This document shows positions 9,177 through 17,866 of a stretch of DNA of 64,000 nucleotides, piece after piece. Source of the DNA: an uncultured bacterium (lineage in GTDB: Bacteria; Desulfobacterota; Binatia; UBA1149; CAITLU01); assembly GCA_903893315.1 (NCBI GenBank), contig CAITLU010000011.1, positions 20,157 to 84,156 on the forward strand, in the 5' to 3' direction. Position numbers and translations under genes: made by a program. Each line of letters starts with the position of its first letter. The first letter of the stretch is position 1. The notes below the pieces were generated by a model. That model made no database searches, was not told the origin of the DNA, and worked only from the letters and a program-made list of their open reading frames with translations.

Positions 9177-9785
9177 GTGAAAGCGCCACTCATCGTCTGT
9201 CTCGATCTCGAAGGAGTCCTGGTCCCTGAAGTGTGGATCGCGGTCGCGGAAAAGACCGGCATCCCGTCGCTTCGCCGCACCACGCGCGACGAACCGGACT
9301 ACGACAAGCTCATGCGCGGCCGCCTCGACATCCTTAATCACCACGGCCTCAAACTCGCCGACATCCAGGAAGTCATAGGCACGTTGAGTCCGCTCGAAGG
9401 AGCTTTCGAGTTCCTCGAAAAGCTGCGCGCCACCACCCAGGTGATCATCCTGAGCGATACCTTCTACCAGTTCGCGGAGCCGCTGATGCGGCATCTGGCC
9501 TGGCCAACCCTGTTCTGCCACGAGCTCGAGGTCAGCGCCGACGGCCGCGTCAGCGGCTATCGACTGCGCATCGCGGACGGCAAGAAGAAGGCGGTGGCCG
9601 CTTTCAAGCACCTCGGCTTTCGCGTCCACGCCAGCGGCGACAGCTACAACGACACTTCGATGCTGTGTGAAGCCGACCGCGGTGTGCTGTTCTGCTGTCC
9701 GCAAAACGTGGCGGACGAGTTCCCTCAGTTCGCCAGAACGGAATCGTACGATGAGTTGTTCTCGTTGCTGATGGACGGACGCTGA
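9177..9785 (+). CDS. thrH: phosphoserine phosphatase / homoserine phosphotransferase ThrH
   Basis: [49 protein letters not shown]... closely matches the ThrH family as I remember it (HAD motif I DLEGV, C-terminal [11 protein letters not shown]). The start is set at GTG 9177 (about 202 aa). The ORF is open from 9102. Confidence 0.8.
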   Translation: MKAPLIVCLDLEGVLVPEVWIAVAEKTGIPSLRRTTRDEPDYDKLMRGRLDILNHHGLKLADIQEVIGTLSPLEGAFEFLEKLRATTQVIILSDTFYQFAEPLMRHLAWPTLFCHELEVSADGRVSGYRLRIADGKKKAVAAFKHLGFRVHASGDSYNDTSMLCEADRGVLFCCPQNVADEFPQFARTESYDELFSLLMDGR

Positions 9786-9836
9786 CCGCGCGCGGCGCGC
9801 CGTCAAATGGCGCTCCGCCCGATTTCGCCGCCTGAG

Positions 9837-10385
9837 TCAGGCGCTAAAAGAGCGCGCGAACAGATCCTCGATCGCAGCGCGACCGTTGTCCTGCAGAAAG
9901 CGCGTACCGGTGCCGGCGAAATGCGGATGGGTGATGGTCGGCACGTGCGATTCCCAGCCGGTGCCGGTCCAGCGCAGCCACTCGCTGCGCTGCTGGTCGA
10001 AAACGTGCAGCGGCTTGTTGCAGAGCTTGGCGAATTCGGCGCCCCAGCCGGTGCCGCCCTGCACGGTGCCGTCTTCCAGCACCTTGCCGACCACGTAGAT
10101 TTCCTGCGCGTTGTTGACCTGGTGCCAGATCGTCTGCAGCACGCGCTTGATGTAATCGGCATCGGGGTAACGCCGGTTCATCAACTTGGAAACGTACACG
10201 AGACTCACATCTCCGTGCGCGAGTTCCTCGTGCGTGAGAGTGCGCAAACCGCGCGCTCTTTCGACCTCGCGGCCCTCGAAAGTAAAATTGACCTCGTTGA
10301 TGCCGTGCTTTTCCGCCACCGTGCCGAACGCAGCTTCGGCGCCCTTGAGAGCGCCGCTGAACAGAACACAGTCGTTTGCTTTCAT
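9837..10385 (-). CDS. hypothetical protein, possible SLOG/Rossmann-like nucleotide-binding fold
   Basis: 182 aa from ATG 10385 (MKANDCVLFSGALKGAEAAFGTVAEKHGI ... GTVQGGTGWGAEFAKLCNKPLHVF). Two Gly-rich motifs. No family recognised with certainty. The longer ORF reaches 10505. Confidence 0.55.
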   Translation of the reverse strand: MKANDCVLFSGALKGAEAAFGTVAEKHGINEVNFTFEGREVERARGLRTLTHEELAHGDVSLVYVSKLMNRRYPDADYIKRVLQTIWHQVNNAQEIYVVGKVLEDGTVQGGTGWGAEFAKLCNKPLHVFDQQRSEWLRWTGTGWESHVPTITHPHFAGTGTRFLQDNGRAAIEDLFARSFSA

Positions 10386-10529
10386 GTCTGGCCCCGATCC
10401 TTCCCGCTCGATTGATTGACGGACCCGGCTGACATGGCCAACGCAGGCCAAGAACGCAAGCCGCAACCGGCCGCGAGCTGCCGGCCGCTCGCGTTCTTCA
10501 GACACGCCCGGCGCAGAGCCGGCACCCCC

Positions 10530-11486
10530 TCAGTACTGGGGCTTGTAGTCGAACTTGTGGTGGGTCTCCAGGTAGCGAACGGTTCCGCTCTGCGAACGCA
10601 TCACGACCGAGTGGCTCACGCCGCCACCCTTGTTGAACTTGACGCCGCGCAGGAAAGCACCGTCCGTGACACCGGTGGCGGCGAACATCACGTTGCTGCC
10701 CACCATGTCCTGGATGTCGAGTTTCCTGCCGGCGTCCTTGATGCCGAGACGGTAGAGTTCGTCACGCTCGGCGTTGCTGCGCGGCACGAAGCGGCACTGC
10801 ATATAGCCCCCGAGACACTTGAGCGCGGCAGCCGTAAGGACGCCCTGCGTAGCACCGCCGGTGCCGAGCAACATATCGTAGCCCGACCCCTCGCGGGCGG
10901 TGGCCATCGCGGCCGCAACGTCGCCGTGCGAGATCAGACGCACGCGGGCGCCGGCATCGCGTATCTGCTCGATCAGGCCGTCGTGGCGGGGACGGTCGAG
11001 CACCACGACGCTGAGGTCCTCGACGTAGCAGCGTCGGACCTCGGCCAGACGCTTCAGATTCTCGGCAGGCGACACGTCCAGATCGACCACGCCTTTGCCG
11101 TCGGGGCCGGTAGCGATCTTGTCCATGTAGGCGCCGGCCGGGCAGCGCAGAAATCCGCCGCGGTCCGCAAGTGCCATGATCGACATCGCGTTGGTACCGC
11201 CGAGCGCGCAGCTCACGCCGCCTTCGAGGGGATCGACCGCCACGTCCACTTCGATGCCGCTGCTTCCGAGCAGTGAGCCGGCAGCCAGAGGATCACCCTC
11301 GGCCTGAGCGGGGTCGCCGAGCACAATCTGCCCCTGGAACGCACCGATCGACGAGAAGGCGTAGTGTATGGCCTCGGCCGCCACTCGCTCGGGCGCCATT
11401 TCGTCGCCTCGGCCGTTCTCTCGCGCTGCGGCGAGCGCTGCGGCTTCGGTTACGCGAACCAGTTCGAGGGCCAGATTTCGTTCCAT
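10530..11486 (-). CDS. glpX: class II fructose-1,6-bisphosphatase GlpX
   Basis: MERNLALELVRVTEAAALAAA..., GTGGATQGVLTAAALKCLGG, and MFAATGVTDGAFLRGV. The start is set at ATG 11486. The longer ORF would overlap thrC. Confidence 0.85.
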   Translation of the reverse strand: MERNLALELVRVTEAAALAAARENGRGDEMAPERVAAEAIHYAFSSIGAFQGQIVLGDPAQAEGDPLAAGSLLGSSGIEVDVAVDPLEGGVSCALGGTNAMSIMALADRGGFLRCPAGAYMDKIATGPDGKGVVDLDVSPAENLKRLAEVRRCYVEDLSVVVLDRPRHDGLIEQIRDAGARVRLISHGDVAAAMATAREGSGYDMLLGTGGATQGVLTAAALKCLGGYMQCRFVPRSNAERDELYRLGIKDAGRKLDIQDMVGSNVMFAATGVTDGAFLRGVKFNKGGGVSHSVVMRSQSGTVRYLETHHKFDYKPQY

Positions 11487-11499
11487 CTCCGTACCGTTA

Positions 11500-12552
11500 T
11501 CAGATTCCCATGACGGCAAGTACCCGCTCCAACTCGGCGGGTACACGTATAGGTTCGGGGCAAGACTTGATTGCGTTGTTTGGATCCTTGAGTCCATGAC
11601 CGGTCAGCGTACAGACGACGGTCGACCCGCTTTCAATTCGCCCGATTTCGATCAATTTCTTGAGCCCCGCGATCGAGGCCGCAGAAGCGGGCTCGGCGAA
11701 CACGCCCTCGCTGGCCGCGAGCAGCTTGTAAGCCTCCATGATCTCGGCATCGGTGACCATGTCGATCGTGCCGCCGGACTGGTCGCGGGCCGCCTCGGCC
11801 TTCTTCCAGCTCACCGGGTTGCCGATACGAATCGCGGTGGCGATGGTCTCGGGGTTCTCGACCACGTGGCCGAGCACGATCGGCGCCGAGCCGGCCGCCT
11901 GAAAGCCCATCATCTTTGGCTTGTTGGTGGTCACCCCCGAGTCGAAGTACTCGGTGTAGCCCATCCAGTAGGCCGTGATGTTGCCCGCATTGCCGACCGG
12001 CAGAACGTGATAGTCGGGGGCGCGGCCGAGAGCGTCGCAGATCTCGAAAGACGCGGTTTTCTGCCCCTGCAGGCGGTAAGGGTTGATGGAGTTTACGACG
12101 GTTACGCGGCGGCGCTCGGCAACGCCCATCACCATCCGGTAGGCGTCGTCGAAATTGCCTTGTATGGCGAGCACTTTGGCGCCATGCATGACCGCTTGGC
12201 TGAGCTTTCCAAGGGCGATGTTGCCGTCGGGGATTATGACGAAGCAGGCCAGGCCTGCGCGCGCGGCATAGGCCGCCGCCGAAGCCGAGGTATTGCCGGT
12301 GGAGGCGCAGATGACGGCGCTGGCCCCTTCGGCAACCGCCATCGTGATCGCCATGGTCATGCCCCTGTCCTTGAAGGAACAGGTGGGATTGAGCCCCTCG
12401 TACTTGACGTAGACGCGGGCGTCGAGGCCCAGGCGCGAGGCCAGGCGCGGCACTTCGATAAGGGGCGTGTTGCCTTCGTGAAGCGTCACGGCGGCGATGT
12501 CACCCACCGGCAGACGGTCACGGTAGTAGTCGATCAAACCCGGCCAACTCAT
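11500..12552 (-). CDS. thrC: threonine synthase
   Basis: 350 aa. PLP-lysine context [14 protein letters not shown], and the glycine loop [14 protein letters not shown]. Confidence 0.9.
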   Translation of the reverse strand: MSWPGLIDYYRDRLPVGDIAAVTLHEGNTPLIEVPRLASRLGLDARVYVKYEGLNPTCSFKDRGMTMAITMAVAEGASAVICASTGNTSASAAAYAARAGLACFVIIPDGNIALGKLSQAVMHGAKVLAIQGNFDDAYRMVMGVAERRRVTVVNSINPYRLQGQKTASFEICDALGRAPDYHVLPVGNAGNITAYWMGYTEYFDSGVTTNKPKMMGFQAAGSAPIVLGHVVENPETIATAIRIGNPVSWKKAEAARDQSGGTIDMVTDAEIMEAYKLLAASEGVFAEPASAASIAGLKKLIEIGRIESGSTVVCTLTGHGLKDPNNAIKSCPEPIRVPAELERVLAVMGI

Positions 12553-12595
12553 CGGTCCCTTTCCCCTTTTGCGATCCTGAGGGCGCGCCTCGTGC

Positions 12596-13747
12596 CTAGC
12601 CGGCGAACTCCTGGGCCGCGATCACCAGACGCTGAATCTCCGAGGTGCCCTCGTAGATCTCCGTGATCTTGGCATCGCGGAAATTACGCTCCACCACGTA
12701 GTCCTTGGTGTAGCCGTAGCCGCCGTGCACCTGGATCGCCTTGGTCGCTATCCACATCGCCGCTTCGGCGGCTGCCAGCTTGGCCATCGCCGCCTCTTTC
12801 GTGTAGCCGATGCCGAGGTCCTTGTTGCGCGCCGCTGACCAGGTGAGCAGCCGCGCCGCCTGAAGCCGCGTGGCCATGTCAGCGATGAAGAACTGGATGG
12901 CCTGCAACTTGGCGATCGGGGCACCGAACTGCTCGCGTTCCAGCGCGAACTGCCTGGAAGCGTCGAGCGCGCAGCGCGCGATGCCGAGCGCCTGCGAAGC
13001 GATCCCGATGCGGCCGCCGTCCAGGGTGTTGAGCGCGACCTTGAGGCCCTGCCCTTCCTGTCCGAGCAGGCACTCGTCCGGCACGAATACGTCGTCGAAG
13101 AAAAGCTGAGCGGTCGAGGACGCGCAGATGCCGAGTTTGTGCTCGAGTTTCGCGACCTGAAAGCCTTTCGATTTGGTATCGACGACGAACGCGCAGATGC
13201 CCTTGTGCCGCAGCGACGCGTCGAGCGTGGCGAACAGGATGCAGTAGTCGGCTTCGCGTCCGTTGGTGATCCAGTTCTTGGTGCCGTTGACCTTGTATCC
13301 GCCCGGAACTTTGGCGGCGTGACACTTGAGTCCTGCGGGATCGGAGCCGTAGCCCGGCTCCGACAGCGCGAAGCAGCCGAGCTTTTCGCCGCCGGCGAGC
13401 GGCACCAGAAATTTAGCCTTCTGCGCGTCGTTTCCGAACGCCGTCAGCGGCGCGCACACCAGGGAGTTGTTGACCGACATGATGACGCCGGTGGATGCGC
13501 AGGCCGCGGACACTTCTTCCATCGCCATCGCATAGGACACGGCGTCCATTCCGGCGCCGCCCCACTGCTCGGGGACCATCATGCCCATCAGGCCCATCTC
13601 GCCGAGCTTCTTGACGATCTCGGCAGGGAACCGCGCAGTCTCGTCGAGTTCCTTCGCCTTCGGCGCGATCTCCGCGCGCGCGAACGAACTCACCTGCTCG
13701 AGCAGCATCTTCTTCAACTCATCCGTTTCCGGCCAACCGTGCAGCAT
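12596..13747 (-). CDS. acyl-CoA dehydrogenase (short-chain/butyryl-CoA type)
   Basis: 383 aa. [21 protein letters not shown], and a C-terminal catalytic Glu context ([15 protein letters not shown]). Confidence 0.9.
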   Translation of the reverse strand: MLHGWPETDELKKMLLEQVSSFARAEIAPKAKELDETARFPAEIVKKLGEMGLMGMMVPEQWGGAGMDAVSYAMAMEEVSAACASTGVIMSVNNSLVCAPLTAFGNDAQKAKFLVPLAGGEKLGCFALSEPGYGSDPAGLKCHAAKVPGGYKVNGTKNWITNGREADYCILFATLDASLRHKGICAFVVDTKSKGFQVAKLEHKLGICASSTAQLFFDDVFVPDECLLGQEGQGLKVALNTLDGGRIGIASQALGIARCALDASRQFALEREQFGAPIAKLQAIQFFIADMATRLQAARLLTWSAARNKDLGIGYTKEAAMAKLAAAEAAMWIATKAIQVHGGYGYTKDYVVERNFRDAKITEIYEGTSEIQRLVIAAQEFAG

Positions 13748-13748
13748 C

Positions 13749-14537
13749 TTACAGCCCCTCGAAACTTGCTTTACGTTTCTCGACGAACGCCGTCATCCCT
13801 TCGCGCTGATCCGCACTGCCGAAAAGCGCGCCGAAAGCCCGCGCTTCGGCGGCGAGCTTGGCGTCGAGTCCCACCGACTCGGACGACCCGTTGAGGACCT
13901 GCTTGGCGCACGCGACCGCCGAGTGTGAGTGGCGGCTGATCTGCTGCGCGACCTCCAGAACCTTTGCCATGAACTCTTCAGCCGCAAAGACCCGGTTGGC
14001 AAGTCCGATCGCCACCGCCTCGTCGGCCTTCACGCGGCGGCCGGAAAAAATCATTTCCTTGGCGCGCGCGAGACCGACGAACTTGGCAAGACGCACGTTG
14101 GCACCGAAGCCAGGAATGATTCCGAGACCGACTTCGGGCTGCGCGAATACGGCGTTGGCGCTGGCCAGGATGAAATCGCAGGCGATCGCCATTTCGGTAC
14201 CGCCGCCGAACGCGTAGCCGTTGACCGCGGCTATGGTCGGCTTCGGCATCAGTTCAAGCAACTTGGTGACGTCGTGACCGAGTCCGGCGAAAGCCGTCCC
14301 CTCGGCCGACGTCTTGTGCTGCATTTCGGCTATGTCCGCACCGGCAACGAAGGCTTTCTCGCCATCGCCGGTCAGCACCACCACGCGCACGCTCGCATCC
14401 TCGGATGCTTCGCGCAGCACCTCTTTCAGTTCCACCAAGGTCGCGGTGTTGAGCGCATTGAGCGCCTTGGGCCGCGAAATCTTGACGACCAGGATGCCGG
14501 GTTCGACGCGTTCGAGAATCAGATTTTCAAGAGTCAT
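13749..14537 (-). CDS. enoyl-CoA hydratase (crotonase)
   Basis: Crotonase fold with VVLTGDGEKAFVAGADI and AAVNGYAFGGGTEMAIACD. ATG 14537 overlaps the hbd stop by 11 nt (ATGACTCTTGA). The ORF is open to 14552. Confidence 0.85.
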   Translation of the reverse strand: MTLENLILERVEPGILVVKISRPKALNALNTATLVELKEVLREASEDASVRVVVLTGDGEKAFVAGADIAEMQHKTSAEGTAFAGLGHDVTKLLELMPKPTIAAVNGYAFGGGTEMAIACDFILASANAVFAQPEVGLGIIPGFGANVRLAKFVGLARAKEMIFSGRRVKADEAVAIGLANRVFAAEEFMAKVLEVAQQISRHSHSAVACAKQVLNGSSESVGLDAKLAAEARAFGALFGSADQREGMTAFVEKRKASFEGL

Positions 14538-15387
14538 AGCGGTAGAAACCACGTCCGGTCTTCTTTCCGAACCAACCGGCGGCCACGTACTGCTTGAGCA
14601 GCGGGCACGGACGGTACTTCGAATCGCCCATGCCGTCGTGGAGGACTTCCATGATCGCCAGGCAGGTATCGAGACCGATGAAGTCGGCCAGAGTCAGCGG
14701 CCCCATCGGCTGATTGGTGCCGAGTTTCATCGCGGCGTCGATGTCCTCGACCGACGCGATCCCCTCGTACAGCACCGTTACGGCTTCGTTGATCATCGGC
14801 ATCAGTATTCGATTGACGGCGAAACCGGGGATGTCCTTGACCGCGACGAAGGTCTTGCCCATCCGCTCGGAGACGTCGCGGATGATGCCGAAGGTCTCAT
14901 CCGAAGTCTGCAAGCCGCGGATTCCCTCGACGAGCTTCATCACCGGGACCGGATTCATGAAGTGGATGCCCGCAACTTTTTCCGGACGCCGCGTCTGCGC
15001 CGCAATGATAGTGATGCTGATCGAAGAAGTGTTGGTCGCCAATATCGCGCCCGGCGCACAGGCCTCGTCGAGCCTGCGAAACAACTCGAACTTGAGCGCC
15101 GCGTTCTCGGTGACGGCCTCGATCACCATCTCGCACTCGCAAAGTCCGGCGATGCCGTCGACGGGCCGGATGGCGGCGAGCTGCTCGCGCGCGTCACATT
15201 CCGCGAGCTTGCCCTTCTCGACCATCTTGTTCAGCCGTGAGGCAATCCTGGCCTTGCCCTTCTCCGCGATGGCAAGATTCTGATCGGCCAACAGAACCAC
15301 GAAGCCGGTCTGGGCGGCCGTCTGCGCGATTCCATCGCCCATCTGGCCCGCACCGAGAATTCCTATCTGCCCAATGGCATTGCCCAT
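14527..15387 (-). CDS. 3-hydroxybutyryl-CoA dehydrogenase
   Basis: 286 aa. NAD motif IGILGAGQMGDGIAQ, HFMNPVPVMKLVE, and a C-terminal GKKTGRGFY. Confidence 0.9.
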   Translation of the reverse strand: MGNAIGQIGILGAGQMGDGIAQTAAQTGFVVLLADQNLAIAEKGKARIASRLNKMVEKGKLAECDAREQLAAIRPVDGIAGLCECEMVIEAVTENAALKFELFRRLDEACAPGAILATNTSSISITIIAAQTRRPEKVAGIHFMNPVPVMKLVEGIRGLQTSDETFGIIRDVSERMGKTFVAVKDIPGFAVNRILMPMINEAVTVLYEGIASVEDIDAAMKLGTNQPMGPLTLADFIGLDTCLAIMEVLHDGMGDSKYRPCPLLKQYVAAGWFGKKTGRGFYRYDS

Positions 15388-15489
15388 TCGGAAAGCCCTC
15401 CATGAGACTTGACCCGCGACGACTTAGCCCGGGAAAACCTTTAATTCCAACGGACGAATGGCCGCTTTGCGAAGCAGAATGCTGAAAAA

Positions 15490-16815
15490 CTAATGGTCTT
15501 GGCCGAGAGTCTCTTCTACTCGGATGACCACCGGCCTGGCGCGAACCTCGGCCAGCTTGGCGATGCGAGCCAGCGCCTTCGCCAGAGCCTTTTCCTGAGT
15601 GCGGTGGGTGCGCATGACGACCGGCACCGCGCCCTTGCTCGGCTTCTCGTGCTGGGCCACGGTAGCGATACTGATTCCCACCGACGCCAGGATCGTGGTG
15701 ATCTTGGCCAGCGCGCCGGGTTTGTCGCTGAGTTGGAAGCGAATGTAGTGCTCGTGTTCGATGTCGGCCATCGGCACCACGCGAGCTTTGTCGAGGCTCG
15801 CAGCAGGCTGGCCGTAAGGCAGTACCAGCGGCGCCTGCCCCGCCAACACACTGCGCGCAGCTTCGATCAGGTCGGCCACCACCGCGGTGGCAGTCGGCAT
15901 CATGCCCGCGCCCTGCCCGTAGTAGACCGAAGTTCCCAAAGCACGTCCGCGCAAGCACACACCATTGAAGGCGCCGGCAACCTTGGCCAGCAGGTGACTG
16001 TTGGGAACCATCGCCGGATGCACGCGCGCTTCGACGCCGTTGGCAGTGTCGCGTGCGACAGCAAGCAGCTTGATCGTGTAACCAAAGTCGCGTGCGTAGG
16101 CCATGTCGACTCCGCTGACGCTGCGGATACCTTCGACGTGCACCGCTTTTGGATCGATCACCTTGCCGAAAGCCAACGCGGTCAGAACCACAAGTTTGTG
16201 CAGGGAATCGAGTCCGTCAACGTCGTAGCTCGGGTCGGCCTCGGCAAGGCCCAGTTTCTGGGCTCTGCCGACGACCTCGGCGAACTCTCCGCGTCCCGCA
16301 GCCATCTCGGTTAGAATGTAATTGCAGGTGCCGTTGACGATGCCGTAGACCTCGAGGTTGCGATCTCCGGCCACCGACTCCTTGAGCGCGCGGATGACAG
16401 GAATGCCGCCGCCTACGCTGGCTTCGAAGCCGAGCACGACGCCGGCCTCCTCGGCCGCGGTCGCCAGTTCGATGCCGTGAGCCGACAGCACGGCCTTGTT
16501 GGCCGTAACTACCGGTTTGCCGGCGCGCAACGCTTCGAGTTGAAACGAGCGTGCCGGTTCGAGACCGCCGATCAACTCGACCACGATGTCGACCGCAGGG
16601 TCGTTGATCAGACCACGCGCGTCTGCCGTCAACATCCCCTTGGGAATCTTGACACCACGATCCGTCTTGATGTCGAGGTCCGCGATACGGACGATCTTCA
16701 GCGGCGCACCCAGACGTTCGCCGATGCTCTGCGCGTGCTCGCGCAGGACGCGAACCACTCCGGTACCGATGGTCCCGAATCCTATCAAACCGACCCCGAT
16801 CTCTCGCTTGGCCAA
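15490..16815 (-). CDS. hom: homoserine dehydrogenase
   Basis: 441 aa. N-terminal GLIGFGTIGTGV Rossmann fold, catalytic region NGTCNYILT, and a C-terminal ACT domain. Confidence 0.9.
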   Translation of the reverse strand: MAKREIGVGLIGFGTIGTGVVRVLREHAQSIGERLGAPLKIVRIADLDIKTDRGVKIPKGMLTADARGLINDPAVDIVVELIGGLEPARSFQLEALRAGKPVVTANKAVLSAHGIELATAAEEAGVVLGFEASVGGGIPVIRALKESVAGDRNLEVYGIVNGTCNYILTEMAAGRGEFAEVVGRAQKLGLAEADPSYDVDGLDSLHKLVVLTALAFGKVIDPKAVHVEGIRSVSGVDMAYARDFGYTIKLLAVARDTANGVEARVHPAMVPNSHLLAKVAGAFNGVCLRGRALGTSVYYGQGAGMMPTATAVVADLIEAARSVLAGQAPLVLPYGQPAASLDKARVVPMADIEHEHYIRFQLSDKPGALAKITTILASVGISIATVAQHEKPSKGAVPVVMRTHRTQEKALAKALARIAKLAEVRARPVVIRVEETLGQDH

Positions 16816-16836
16816 GACTTGTCTCCTTCTCTGTGT

Positions 16837-17736
16837 CTATTCGCTCTGCGGCGCGCTTCCGGTCGACGCCGCGAACAAGCGGTCCGCCCGGTACGACGAA
16901 CGTACCAGGGGGCCCGACGCCACTTCCACAAAACCGAGTTCACGGGCCTCCACTGCAAGTTCGTCGAACTCGACGGGCGCCAGATAACGCGCCACCGCCT
17001 GCTGATTTCGAGTCGGGCGCAGGTACTGACCGATCGTCAGAAGACTGCACCCGGTGGCGCGTATGTCGCGCAGTGCCCCGCTCAGTTCCTCGCGCGTCTC
17101 GCCCAGCCCGACCATGAGGCCGGTCTTCACCACACCCTTGCCGTCGTCGCTCGGATGTCGCGCCGCGATGCGCAGCACTTCCAGAGAGCGATCGTAGGTC
17201 GCGCGGCCACGAACCGCAGGAGTCAGACGCCGCACCGTCTCGAGGTTGTGCCCGAATACCTCGGGACGCGCCGCCAGCACACACTCGATGAGTTCGCGGC
17301 GGCCATTGAAATCGGCGGTCAGAACTTCGACCTGAACGCCGTCGATGCGAAGCTTCAAGGCCGCGATGGTCGCCGCGAACTGGCCGGCCCCCTCGTCGTC
17401 CAGATCGTCACGCGCCACCGTCGTCACCACCACGTAGCGCAGGCCGAGAGCGGCCGCGGTATCGGCAATGCGAGCCGGCTCCTGCGGATCCGGCGCCGAC
17501 GGACGGCCGGTCGCCACCGAACAGAACGTGCAGCGCCGGGTGCAGGTATCGCCTAGCAGCATGAAAGTGGCGGTTCCCGCCGTGAAGCATTCACCTAAGT
17601 TAGGGCAGCGCGCCTCCTCACACACCGTCACCAGACGGCCGCGACGCAGGCGGCGTTTCAGTTCGTCGCCGCTGCCGAGTTGCGGCGTGCCGCTGACCAC
17701 CCAGGGCGGCAGACGCAGGGGCGCGAGGCTGGACAT
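16837..17736 (-). CDS. lipA: lipoyl synthase
   Basis: CEEARCPNLGEC auxiliary cluster and the radical-SAM motif CTRRCTFCSV. 299 aa. Confidence 0.9.
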   Translation of the reverse strand: MSSLAPLRLPPWVVSGTPQLGSGDELKRRLRRGRLVTVCEEARCPNLGECFTAGTATFMLLGDTCTRRCTFCSVATGRPSAPDPQEPARIADTAAALGLRYVVVTTVARDDLDDEGAGQFAATIAALKLRIDGVQVEVLTADFNGRRELIECVLAARPEVFGHNLETVRRLTPAVRGRATYDRSLEVLRIAARHPSDDGKGVVKTGLMVGLGETREELSGALRDIRATGCSLLTIGQYLRPTRNQQAVARYLAPVEFDELAVEARELGFVEVASGPLVRSSYRADRLFAASTGSAPQSE

Positions 17737-17744
17737 GGCGGGAA

Positions 17745-17773
17745 GTTATAGGGGAGAGCGTCGCCGAGGAAAA
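17745..17773 (-). promoter_or_regulatory. candidate promoter placing the lipA transcription start at or next to its ATG (leaderless candidate)
   Basis: Minus-strand TATAAC (17750-17745) lies only 8 nt upstream of ATG 17736, with no Shine-Dalgarno sequence in between. A weak -35 (TTTTCC, 17773-17768) lies 17 nt upstream. Confidence 0.3.
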
Positions 17774-17818
17774 ACCGCCCACCCTTCGCGCGGCTTTCGC
17801 GCGCAGCAGCGCGGCGGC
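17770..17818 (-). terminator. probable intrinsic terminator after hflC
   Basis: The minus-strand RNA CCGCC-GCGCUGCUG-CGCGCG-AAAGC-CGCGCG-AAGGGU-GGGCGG is followed by UUUUU. It lies about 50 nt downstream of the hflC stop. Confidence 0.45.
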
Positions 17819-17866
17819 GCCGTGAGCCTCGCCCCCGCTTTCCGGCCTCCACCAAACGGCGCCGGA

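Noticed and set aside
8727-9806. A 359-aa minus-strand ORF spanning the mutase/thrH intergenic region and the whole of thrH.
   Set aside because: It is antisense to the well-supported thrH gene, overlaps the mutase 5' end out of frame, and has no motifs.
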